A stretch of 59,516 bases of DNA, the filler included, from Sphacelaria rigidula (taxonomy: Eukaryota): NCBI GenBank assembly GCA_964200075.2. It is 9 parts of 9 records of this genome, joined end to end, with 100 filler letters (N's around TTAATTAATTAA, not from the genome) between each part and the next. Parts side by side here need not be neighbours in the genome. Positions count along the whole stretch, not along the records: positions 46,371 to 52,893 come from CAXNAA020019558.1; positions 52,994 to 59,516 come from CAXNAA020019559.1; 7 more parts are not named here. One strand, written 5' to 3'. Position 1 is the stretch's first letter. Each line of letters starts with the position of its first letter. This document shows, piece by piece, positions 49,930 through 59,516 of this stretch. The position numbers and the translations under genes are program-made. The notes beneath the pieces are model-generated. The model did not search any database. It was not told the origin of the DNA and saw only the letters and a program-made list of their open reading frames with translations.

Positions 49930-50560
49930 CGGGATCGCTTGTGCTCGTGTATGGGTCGATCTTGGGATGGGCCGCAGAAGTCCCTTTCCTTCCGAGCATC
50001 CTCGGCACGGTCTCAACTTGCCGCGCAGCTTCACTCCGAGCTGCTTTGCAGCCTGCCGGAGCAGGTCCTCGTGAACATGCGCGTGTTTGCAATGGAAATC
50101 ATTTATGCCTTCAACTTGGGGGTTGGGAAGTTTCCCCGGGGCAATCACAGCGCATGATGTCGCATGCTTGTCATGACCTTGTGGATAAATGCGTTGGGCG
50201 TACATTATCAACTGTCTGTGCTGACCGGGGATTTTCAGGGTATTGCCTGACTTTAACTCAACCCGGAAGCCGCTACTATACCCAATGTAGGTGTGACCCG
50301 CGTTGGACATCCTGGGCAGTGACAACAGATGGTGACGGACACAAGGTGCGTGGTCTACATTTTTCAAATGCAAGACTATATCACGTCCGTCAGATCGTAA
50401 AGATGGAGCCAAGTTTCCTCTTCCCACGACCGGGTAGGTACCACCGCCCGCACACCGTAGTACCCTTCCACTGCATTTTCAATAATCCGTCATGTTACTC
50501 GAATCAGGAGAAAACTGCGAAGTGGCCCCCGTGTCAAGTACCCCCGGTTCGCCCCCATCT
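49930..50560 (-). pseudogene. pol: copia protease and GAG-pre-integrase zinc finger; integrase core missing
   Basis: VLDTGATSQF, then FHCKHAH...CRGCSEGK. After PIPRSTHTRA the sequence jumps to the low-complexity IN-RT linker. Confidence 0.85.
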
Positions 50561-50729
50561 GACTGCTCTACATCCCCCTTCCCAGTTGCAAACGCATACT
50601 CGCCTGTGTTGATCTCATCTACCGTCATGTCGAGGCTGGTGAAAGCCTCTGCATCAGCATCCGAACAGACGGAGTCGTCGTCCACCACATCTTCCACCAC
50701 GCCCATCACAACCGCCGCGTCCTCCACAG

Positions 50730-52029
50730 TGCTCTGACAGTCAATCAAACTATGTCCTCTCTTCCCGCACCTAGCACAACGCCTGTCTGGACAGTCTCTC
50801 GCCCGATGTGTGGTCATCTTCTGACCAACGTGGCACCTCCACGGCGTCGCAGCCCCCGACTGGCTCGTAGTTGATGAAGTCGGCGACTAGTTGTTGTTGC
50901 CCTGCCCCCCATCACCTGCGCGGCCTGGGTTCTGGGTTTTTCCCGGTTTACCTTTCCGGTGTGAACCGTTAGGTTTGCCGGGATGGCCTTTGACAGCAAG
51001 GGTCTGGTCACCCGGGGAAGCCTTCTTCCCCTTGGCGAGTTCCTGCTTGAAAAGTGCCGATTCGAAATATTTTCGAACCGACGTCACTACGACTTCCCTC
51101 CTGAGCGGACCTTCGCGCTTCTCCAACGCCTGTTTTTGATAGTTATACTCGCGAGGAAGCGCATTGACAAATTTGAGGAGGGTTTGCGCCTCCGTCAGGA
51201 TGATGTTGGTGTCGTGTGATTGTAACTCTCTCGCCACCTCTTCCATCTCGATTAGTTTTTGTACGGGATCATCGCGAACTCCAATCTTCACGTGATCATA
51301 CCTTTCTAGAAGAGCTAATCTAGCTCCGTTGGTCTTGGGGCTGTAGAAATCATTCAACTCACCCCACACAGCTGCAGGAGACGGAATTCTGAACAGAACA
51401 TCCCGGTCCCGCTTATCTTCGAGACTCGCCACCAGCATTTCCCTCGCTCTCACGTTTGCAGCTACAGTGCCCTTTCCGTGCCTTGCTTCAAGATAACTTA
51501 AGGATGACGCCTTGTTCCCCACCTCCACATCATATGCCCTATCTTCTGACATAGTGAACACCCAATCAACTGCTTCGCTCCTAGCGAACATGATTAGTTC
51601 GTGACTGTAGTGGTTGAACTCTGAACTCTTCCCAGAGAACTTAGGTACAGTTGCCTTGAAACCCGGGACTCCAGAAATATTTTGAACACTTGGTCGATCG
51701 TGACCGAACACTGCGACGGACTCACTTGCGGGGTCTGCACTCCTTGCTCCGTCGCTTGCTGTCCTGTGGTCGCTCCCGCTCGGAGCTCCCTGCACGCCCT
51801 CACGGCTGCGTCTCCGCCCGTGAGGTGTGCTGTGACTGGCTGAGTTGTCAGCCTGGTGTTCTTGTGTTGCTTGGTCTTCTTCGCTTTCGACGACGCCACT
51901 CCACCTCGCGCCTCCGGACTCTCTATCTTCGATGCCATCAACTCTACCCTGTATTGCAGTTTGTGTAGATAGTACATCTCTAACCATCTCTGTCAGTGTG
52001 CTAAACTGACCACTGAACAGGCTCATCAT
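50730..52029 (-). pseudogene. gag: copia gag with two zinc knuckles
   Basis: The 380-aa ORF has AAVWGELNDFYSPK and LKFVNALPREY. Downstream, across a frameshift, come H.ARDC and CARCGKRGHSLIDC. Confidence 0.9.
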
Positions 52030-52128
52030 ACTTTCAAGCTGACTCGTCAGCCCGTCCGATCTCTCTTTTGAAGACGGAGCGTTACCATCGTTCCTAGCCT
52101 TACTTGCCCAATCGATTGATCACTAGTG

Positions 52129-52383
52129 TATTCCTTGGCTCAGGCATAGGGTAATTGTTTCACATCTTTTATTGAAGAGCATCCAAGTTCTACTGTAACT
52201 TGGGAGAGTGATGATAAGGTGGAGGGCAGATGAATGAGAATGATCACGGGTGGCGGACTGCTCCGCTGCTCTCAGCCGTACTGTACCATATTTGCACACA
52301 CTTGACTGTCGGTACTCGTACGTCACCCCGATCCGCGGTTCTACGTAGATCCAGCATTACTGGGTATCTGAATCACTCGAACA
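52129..52383 (-). repeat. copia 5' LTR (255 bp)
   Basis: Direct repeat of 46713-46970. Confidence 0.96.
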
Positions 52384-53008
52384 TCGCGAACCGAAGCACT
52401 CGGACGAGGGCGGCACATTACACTCCCTTGTCAAAATGTGGCCTTTGCAGACCCCAAATCAGCTCCTGTGGCGCCGGTTTCGACGAAAACGGCGCATACG
52501 AGGCGCATACGGGACCGTCAGCCGTACTTGAAATCCCATTCTCGTTGTGCACACTCTAATCAAGTGATATCAACGATGGACATTTGTAGGCCAACGCTGG
52601 TTATCTCTACTGGCACAATTCGCGATACATCGTCAGTTTGAACGAGCTGAAGTAAAGTGAGCTTCTTAGGCGGCCCAACCGCTACTACATTACGGTGACA
52701 GCGGAGGAGGAGGGAAGAAGATGGCTGTCATGATGTACGGGCGAATTGAGCAGTTTGAAGTACTACCAAGGACGATTCACGCGGGCTCGGTGGGGTGTGC
52801 GTGCGTTCAGCGACTTATGCCCATTACAGTTCTGTTCCTGTTTCTACAGTAAACAGAAAATTGTGCAAATGGAGGTTTAACTCTGAGATGAGGNNNNNNN
52901 NNNNNNNNNNNNNNNNNNNNNNNNNNNNNNNNNNNNNTTAATTAATTAANNNNNNNNNNNNNNNNNNNNNNNNNNNNNNNNNNNNNNNNNNNNAAATGCT
53001 ACTCTTAA

Positions 53009-53126
53009 CCCTTTTGGAACCCATTGACGATTCTTGTTTTTGTGAATCGGCATCGTTTTCAGACATTTTCAAGTCAAAATGATGCCGATTCACGAAAACA
53101 AGAATCGTCAGTGGGTTCCAAAAGGG
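53009..53126. mobile_element. piggyBac-like palindromic MITE (118 bp) with TTAA TSD
   Basis: TTAA|CCCTTTTGGAACCCA...TGGGTTCCAAAAGGG|TTAA, with ~50-bp near-perfect arms. Confidence 0.92.
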
Positions 53127-53169
53127 TTAATCCTACATTCAACTCTCAATTTCACGAAAACATTGTTCA

Positions 53170-53518
53170 AGCGTGGAGATCGTCCCTCAGGCTCTTCAGC
53201 CAGTTTTGTTCCGGGCACCCTGGTCCTGGATCCTCTCCCGCGACCAGTGATCCGAATGCTATGCGCTTCGGTAATCGTCCGTCCGGTTATCTAGCCAGGG
53301 CTCCCGCGAGCAGCAGTCGTCGTTGCCGGACGATGACTTCGGCGCTTTGGCACCCAGTCTTCTTGAGGGCCTGTGCATACGACAGCTGTCGGTATGTGCC
53401 GCGCACTCGGCGGTACCCGATGACTCGCAGGAGGAGCCGGTAGTGCACCTTTCTAAGCAAGTCGTGGTGTTTGCGGCGCGGGGCCCACGTCATGCATCCG
53501 TATAGTAGGGCCTCCATC
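53170..53518 (-). mobile_element. RTE-type LINE ORF2 C-terminal fragment
   Basis: ALLYGCMTW...LLRVIG...LSYAQAL..TGCQS.E..VRQRRLLLAG.LAR*PDGRLPKRI.FG.L..G. Confidence 0.88.
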
Positions 53519-53792
53519 CCCTTCATGTGCGACGATCAATCAATTATTCAATTTTGACGGACCGCCTCCCCTCCCCGAGAATGATCATGTGCTTCTCGAG
53601 ATGCCTTACACCCCCGCCCCTGCCCATCACCTCGCTGCCCTCTGTTTTGGGATTATGATCCCGGGTGTGGGGGAAAGGGGGGCGCTCTGTTCAAACGTTC
53701 AAGCCTCTCCCGGCAAATGAAATGATAATGACAATACCGCCGCGCCCCGGAGGTCAAACTAGTGCACCGAACACCCGTGTTGGTGCACTTCG

Positions 53793-53980
53793 TGATTTTG
53801 AACCTTGACATATATTACAATGATGATTTGAATCCTGACATATATTACGATAATGACTTTGAACCCTGACATATACTACAATGATGCTTTTGAATCATGA
53901 CATGTATTGCAATAATGGATTCGAATCACGATATATGTTACAGTAATGGCTTTGAATCCTGACATGTAGTGCAAGAATGG
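53793..53980 (+). repeat. Minisatellite, ~31 nt x 6
   Basis: Head-to-tail units with consensus TTTGAATCCTGACATATATTACAATAATG. Confidence 0.9.
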
Positions 53981-54240
53981 TTCAAAAAATGGTTTCCGAC
54001 TTGCAAAGCGTTTCGAAATGAGCAGCAATCGGTGGAAATTCCGTGACGGTCGATGGGCTGCGGCAGTGCTGACAATCCCGATCCAATCCTGGATATTGAC
54101 AACACACTGCCAAGCACATAGCGAGGGGGAGTTGACTTGATCCCTTGAAGACATGGGTGTATCCCGAGGAGGGGAGGCGGGGGCGGGGAGGGTGAAGTAT
54201 GACGAAAAACACATCACCTTGTGAATGTAAGGTAAAATGG

Positions 54241-54508
54241 GAGCGGGCAATGCTACGGTAGGGGTGCACATTTTGCGCGAAATCTTGTCTGGTTCAGGGG
54301 CTCTTAACGATTCTAGATTGCACAAGAATGTGGGTCAGGACATCCCCGCTTGCAAATTCATTCGGGATACCCCCAGCACATTGGAGTAGTAATCCTGGCG
54401 TACTCTCACATATTTTCAAAAGTCGTGTGTTGTATGAGAGAAAGGGCTCCCAACAATTCTAACCCCAGAAAATATATGTGCACCCCTACCGTAGCATCAC
54501 TCGAGCTC
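54241..54508. mobile_element. MITE with TIR ATGCTACGGTAGGGGTGCACAT
   Basis: Exact inverted match between 54250-54271 and 54476-54497. Confidence 0.85.
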
Positions 54509-54667
54509 GGGAAAGCGTAATCGCCCGCGACACTCGAGGATGAAAAGTTATCAAACACATCACGCTATATGATTATTTGTTGTTGGATGTCTACTCCTCG
54601 TTAGTAATCCACCGACCTGTCCTGGTTCTTCATTGAAAGTCCTGTTGTAACGAAAACTTTGCTGGGA

Positions 54668-54808
54668 GAGTGATACCACAGTAGGGGTGCACTTTCCACT
54701 CCAAAATGTTTCTTAGGCTGCACACCTAGGCCCAAATATTTGTCATCGACAGGCTCCTCAACAACGAGTCTCAGAAACAAAAATTGCACCCGTACCGTGG
54801 CATTGCTC
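54668..54808. mobile_element. Shorter MITE of the same TIR family
   Basis: CCACAGTAGGGGTGCAC ... TGCACCCGTACCGTGG. Confidence 0.7.
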
Positions 54809-54829
54809 GGGAGCATTGTCATTTCGATC

Positions 54830-55045
54830 GACAGATAGGTTTACATATCGTCCGGAACCTTCTGTTCGCCTCTTGACTAAGCTAGACTTGGGACAGTCCT
54901 GTCTTTTCGGTTTGCAGATATGTACATATCGCTTGGAAATTTTTATTCGCCTCTTTCCCAATCTGGACTTGGGACAGTCCCGTCAATTGGGTTTGCAGAT
55001 ATGTATGTATACATCACCTGGAGATTTCTGTTCACCTCTTGACCA
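54830..55045 (+). repeat. Tandem repeat, ~80 nt x 2.5
   Basis: TTCGCCTCTT..GACTTGGGACAGTCC.GTC..GGTTTGCAGATATGTA is repeated. Confidence 0.85.
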
Positions 55046-56049
55046 GAGAGAAAAGGAAGAGTGGCTCGCAGTTTTGTGATTGGTAAAAAAAAGGCGGGTG
55101 GTGTGATCGATCAATCACCATGTGCGCCATTTTTCCCTTCTGTCTGCACAGATACCGTCATTTTGATGTTATTCCTTTACAATTTTTTCCATGTAGTGGG
55201 ACTATAAACGGTGCGTCTCTTATCCACTAGAATATTGAAATCCCTTGTGGACTATTGGAATCCCGTGTTGCTCTTTACCAGTGCCCGACCATTCCTCCTG
55301 TCTCTACCTTGCCCTCGAAAAACAACACAGGAATTCCGAGGCGACAAAACACGCAGCACGTATCAACCGAACAGAAACGACGAACAGGAACACACGGGGT
55401 AAAAAGGATCTGTATCTGACTACCAAAAGTGAAGAGAGCAACATCAAGAATCCCATCCATAGTTCGGACACCAAGAGCTCCAAAGGTCCTAAAAACAATT
55501 TCCTTTTTTTGCCTCCCGTTACTTCGTCTGCAAGAATTCTGAACCGATCCGATATAACATTGATTCCAGGAGGTTGCGGGAAGGGGCGGTCTCGCTTCGA
55601 TACGACTGCGCGCAGAGTGGACCTACGACATAAGGGGTACACAAATATTCTCTGAGGTCTGAATCGTTAGGAACCCGTTATCTCACCCAAAAAGCGACCC
55701 ATGAAATGTGTGAGAGCACGCCACCATTAGCATTCCAATGGGCTAGGGATATCCTGATAAAGTTTGAGAGCGGGATTGATCTAGCCCATGTTCTTAGGTA
55801 GCTCCTGACTTGAGGAGCCCCTGAATGAGATAGATGTGGGCCCAAACGTGCAACCCCTGCCGTAGCATGACTCGGCAATTATCTCTGTTTGCGATGCGGG
55901 TCGCTGTTACAACGTGGGGTTTCCTTTAGTCACACGTACCGGCTTCAGTCATGGGTTCATGTAGTTGTGCCATGAGAAAAGTACACCTGAATAAAATGAT
56001 ACTCCGAGTAAACATTAAAACGTGCTATCAGGAGACCATCAATCGGGGA

Positions 56050-56475
56050 ATGTTTTTGTCCCACGCGCCGACATCGACTCCGTGACAGCTCTGACCGTCA
56101 TTGAAAGCAACCACTTCTGGTCTACCGCAGCGTTTATGTTTTTCTACGGCATCCGTCTCTCTGCGCAGTACGTCTTGGCGTTTTATCCGTCTGGCGTCGA
56201 GACCCTCGCGTTTTACGGCAATGTCCTTTTGCTTCCCGATCAGATCGGAAGAGAGCCAACAGGTGTACGTTCCTGGAAAATCAACTTGGCAGCAGGAATA
56301 AGCATTCTTCCTTCTAGCGCACCATGTTTCTGTTTTTTTTCTCCCTACTTTTTCTTTTTCTTCAGCGAGCGTCCTGCGTTTTGTTCACCTCGGGTATATC
56401 TACCTTGTGGAGAATGACCAATCACGGCTGGCTCCCTCGGGGAGCAGTTCATGTGCGGCAATCAATCAAATCAAA
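56050..56475 (+). mobile_element. 3' end of a non-LTR retroelement with a (CAAT)n tail
   Basis: The terminus CACGGCTGG..GGGGAGCAGTTCATGTGCGGCAATCAATCAAAT is similar to 32205-32260. Confidence 0.45.
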
Positions 56476-56529
56476 TATAAAGTTCTACACGTGCCCATCC
56501 CTGACCTGACCGAGAGTCGCAACGTCTTC

Positions 56530-58050
56530 ATCGAGCTACACTAACACGGCGATTGGACCTCACCTGTGTTTTTTCGTACAGCGCATCCAGTTCGCTTGAG
56601 GTCAAGTACAGCAGCACGTTCTTTCTCGGCACTATGCACGTTTCCACCTCCTGTGTCTTCGCAACGACCTGTCGAAAGCGTCGTGGGTATGGACAACCAC
56701 GACAGCACACTATCCTATCACGTGGTGGGAGACTACGATCTGACTGCACGGAAATTCGGGCTATTCTACGCGGTCAAGCCAACCCGGCATCGAGAGGAAA
56801 CCTTCTTGGACTGATTCAGATCAAGTCGGTGACCGGTTCCCGGGGGCTGATAGTGTTCGCGACTGTTCTACGCTAGTACAACGAACGATTTGCTCGGACG
56901 ATCATCATAGCATTTACTTTGGTCCGCGCCATCAACGTGCTTCGCACGCGCGAGTTCGAATCTCCCTGATGCCGCCGTTCGATGCTGATATGTGAGAAAA
57001 CCGCTCTCCTAGTGTACATAGTACGGCCATAATGGCCTAATTTTGTCTGAAATGCTGACGCTTGAAGAGAACACGTGTACGTGGCCTCTGGCAGTTTCCT
57101 GGCAATCCCCCTGCATCTTCACCTGATACTGCCTCGTTTCGAATCCCAGCACGCAGTCCTCACCAATCACATCTCCCACGCCTAGAGTCTTGAGGTTTAC
57201 CGTCACCTGCAATATCAAGAACAAAGGTCGTGAGATGTGTGCAGGAGAGTTGTGGCCCTCGCGTAGGCGGAAGCTGAGTACGGATCGATTTCTGTACCTT
57301 GCTGACCATCGCCCCAACAGCACAAACTATGTCCAGGGAAGGCATGTGCTCCGTCTCCGAATGACGTGCCATGTCGAGTGCCAGGCATTGGCTGAAACTG
57401 TCAAACCATTCTTTCCTGGCCACCCGGCTCGCACAATCGCTTCTGCCGGTGCAAGCCGTGACGATAGCCAAGCGTTTTGGCGCTTTTTTGTTTTTTGCCC
57501 GTATCATACACATTTGGACAGAATCGGCGATTGGCGCAAATGCTTTGAAACGCGTAAAATTGCATTATTTCTGCTAATTACGCGTCGTACTGTATGTGCA
57601 CTCACACCAGGTTGACGTTTGAGCGTGCAGATTTTTACGATCCGATTCGGTGGGTTGATGGCACTCAGCGGCGTTTTCTAGAGCAGCACAGGACACGCTC
57701 GCTACCTGTGCGGAATGTTCACCAACCTGCTTGGTGGTGTACCGCTGTTGAGACCTCTTGCTCCCCGCCGGCCAGCGGTTGACGCAGCGGTAGCGCAACA
57801 CGTGTTGAGCCAAGAGCTGCACGCGCAGTGAGACAGGGGGGTATTCCGTCGCTGTAGTAGTAACCATGTATGCGCGTATACGTATCGTTTTCGCTGTTCA
57901 TATTCGACTTCACCACACCGAGATACGGGCAAAATTCGGCAATACCCAGGTCAGCAACAGAAGCCACGCATCGTTATCCTGTGCAACTTGATGACGGACA
58001 GTGCTCGCGGATTTACTGAGATTCGCCCTTGTCTAATACCGATACGAAAG
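56530..58050 (-). pseudogene. Possible decayed hAT transposase remnant
   Basis: Near 56600-56770, PNFRAV..PTT..SVLS..R.KTQEVETCIVPRKN resembles the hAT C-terminal dimerisation domain. Many stops. Confidence 0.25.
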
Positions 58051-58164
58051 TCGAGCGAGACTAGTCAATTTTCAATAGACTGCCCTTTGTTCGAACCCAT
58101 AGCACTTGGAGAAGCGAAAACGGTAAACATTATGTCTACTTTATTTTTTCTCCCTGTCACACTT

Positions 58165-58470
58165 TTCCCCAACCCCTCCCCTTCCTCGAGACAAGCCTAT
58201 GTTCTCGAGGGATCAACCCATATCCCCTCCAGTACTGCACACGCCTTTTACCTTGGTATCGCAGATTGGATCATGACCAACATTCCCGCACCGCGCCGAC
58301 TCCTGTGAAATGAATTGTCCTTGCTACTCATGTCTTCACGTTTTTGACGACGTAAATCGAACAGTTCTCAGGACGAAACCCCAACGCGCCTGTCTGGAAT
58401 CGAACCCCTTTTTTTCTGCCCTGTAAGGGTTTTACGTGTACCATTTTCATTCAGAACACCGAGGCGCGCC
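58165..58470 (-). mobile_element. tRNA-derived SINE, family 2
   Basis: TCGCAGATTGGATCATGACCAAC body and B box GGTTCGATTCC on the minus strand. Confidence 0.72.
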
Positions 58471-59516
58471 GGCGAAAAGCTGGTATCGAATTTTACGGCG
58501 CATGATTCTATTTCAACATCTAGTAGCATTTAAAGAGACCAAACACGTTACACTTTGTTGACAAGTAAGAGCCCCTCAACGTTGGGTTCGAGTATGTGAC
58601 TCACTGAGTATTCATCTTTTATATGTACACACGCATATAAATCTTACTGCGTGTGTGATTACCACCTACCTCTATGTGACCCGACTCGCTTACAAGTGAC
58701 CCAGGCCCCTTGACCCGGACCGTCATCCCGGGCCTGTCAAGCCCGGGACTGTCATTCTCCAGCTCGCAGCTCGGACTACGGCCAATTTCCTCATTCAGGG
58801 CGCATGCCACATCCCCCCAGTCTGTCAGTCTATTTCCTTTTCCCAAGCCCTGGATCTGCAAGGCATACAAACTCCAAGTCCACATCGCTTCCCCACACGC
58901 TCCGTACACTCTACCTACACGGAGTGAGAAGCTATAACCGACATGCCCTGTCCTGAGTAAGTAAGATAGGCTGCACCTATCATCCATGAGTGCTGTTTAG
59001 TATGTACATACATGTGTGTGTAAACGCTTTGAGTCGTACACTCGATCTGGGTTGATCAATAGCGTTGATGTGCCTAAAGCGACAGGGCACGTGCGACTCA
59101 CGCTGCGACACCCCCCCCCCCAGGAAAGTGGCTGGTTTGAGTAGGCAAGGGCTACATATATATCAAATGATAAAAGTCGAGCACTCCGAGTAGCTGGGAA
59201 CTCCCATGCTCTGGGTCGTTTTCGCCACTGTCGCCCATGTGCGGTGCTTGCTGCTATTTGAAACCAGCTATCGAGCCTCGTGTGGACATTCTCTTCGTGA
59301 CAGGTTTGGGGCTGATTTGGAGGGGGGATATCGCGGTATCGCTCGAGCAGTGAAATACTACCGCTAACAGGCAGCCTCTCGATTTGCAAGAAATGGGCGA
59401 GGGAGCGAAGAGGAATGCCACAGCAGACGTCCCGACGTGATAAAATCCGATCGGATCGCCGAAATTCCCCGAAATTGGATTTTCCCGTAGGACCCCAACA
59501 TTTCGGTTATTGACAT

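Larger units (their letters stand above)
46713..52383 (-). mobile_element. Ty1/copia LTR retrotransposon, both LTRs present, defective
   Basis: Paired LTRs, TSD TCGCG (46708-46712 and 52384-52388), PPT AGGGGGAG (46971-46978), domain order gag-PR-(IN)-RT-RH. Confidence 0.97.

Noticed and set aside
49084..50612. Long plus-strand ORFs (191 aa Cys/Arg-rich; 278 aa) as separate genes
   Set aside because: They are antisense shadows of the GC-rich copia pol and linker region.
53793..53980. CRISPR-like ~31-nt periodicity
   Set aside because: The units are head-to-tail with no unique spacers, there are no cas genes, and the context is eukaryotic.
23935..58470. All SINE family 2 copies and most large elements lie on the minus strand
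   Set aside because: Contig orientation is arbitrary and the numbers are small.

Overview
This is eukaryotic, repeat-rich DNA, most consistent with a brown alga (Phaeophyceae); that is inferred from the transposon, SINE and MITE families, TTAGGG tracts and GT-AG exons in long introns. It is not one locus. Eight identical 100-nt spacers (N44-TTAATTAATTAA-N44) join nine contigs of 6525, 6525, 6525, 6524, 6524, 6524, 6523, 6523 and 6523 bp, so these are length-sorted, probably unlinked contigs. Main contents: a decayed chromodomain-bearing Ty3/gypsy element with a probable 3' LTR (contig 1); the gag-protease half of a second gypsy-like element (contig 3); and a two-LTR Ty1/copia element with a perfect 5-bp TSD, a non-canonical LTR end, a deleted integrase core and a MITE inside RT (contig 8). 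Host genes are three spliceable exons of an RHD3/Sey1-type GTPase (contig 6) and one SAP-domain exon (contig 5). Also present are a probable decayed Crypton tyrosine-recombinase element (contig 5), an RTE LINE fragment, two tRNA-derived SINE families and many MITEs. I found no intact novel multi-gene system, CRISPR array, rRNA or true tRNA. All family assignments come from reading motifs by eye; no database searches were run.
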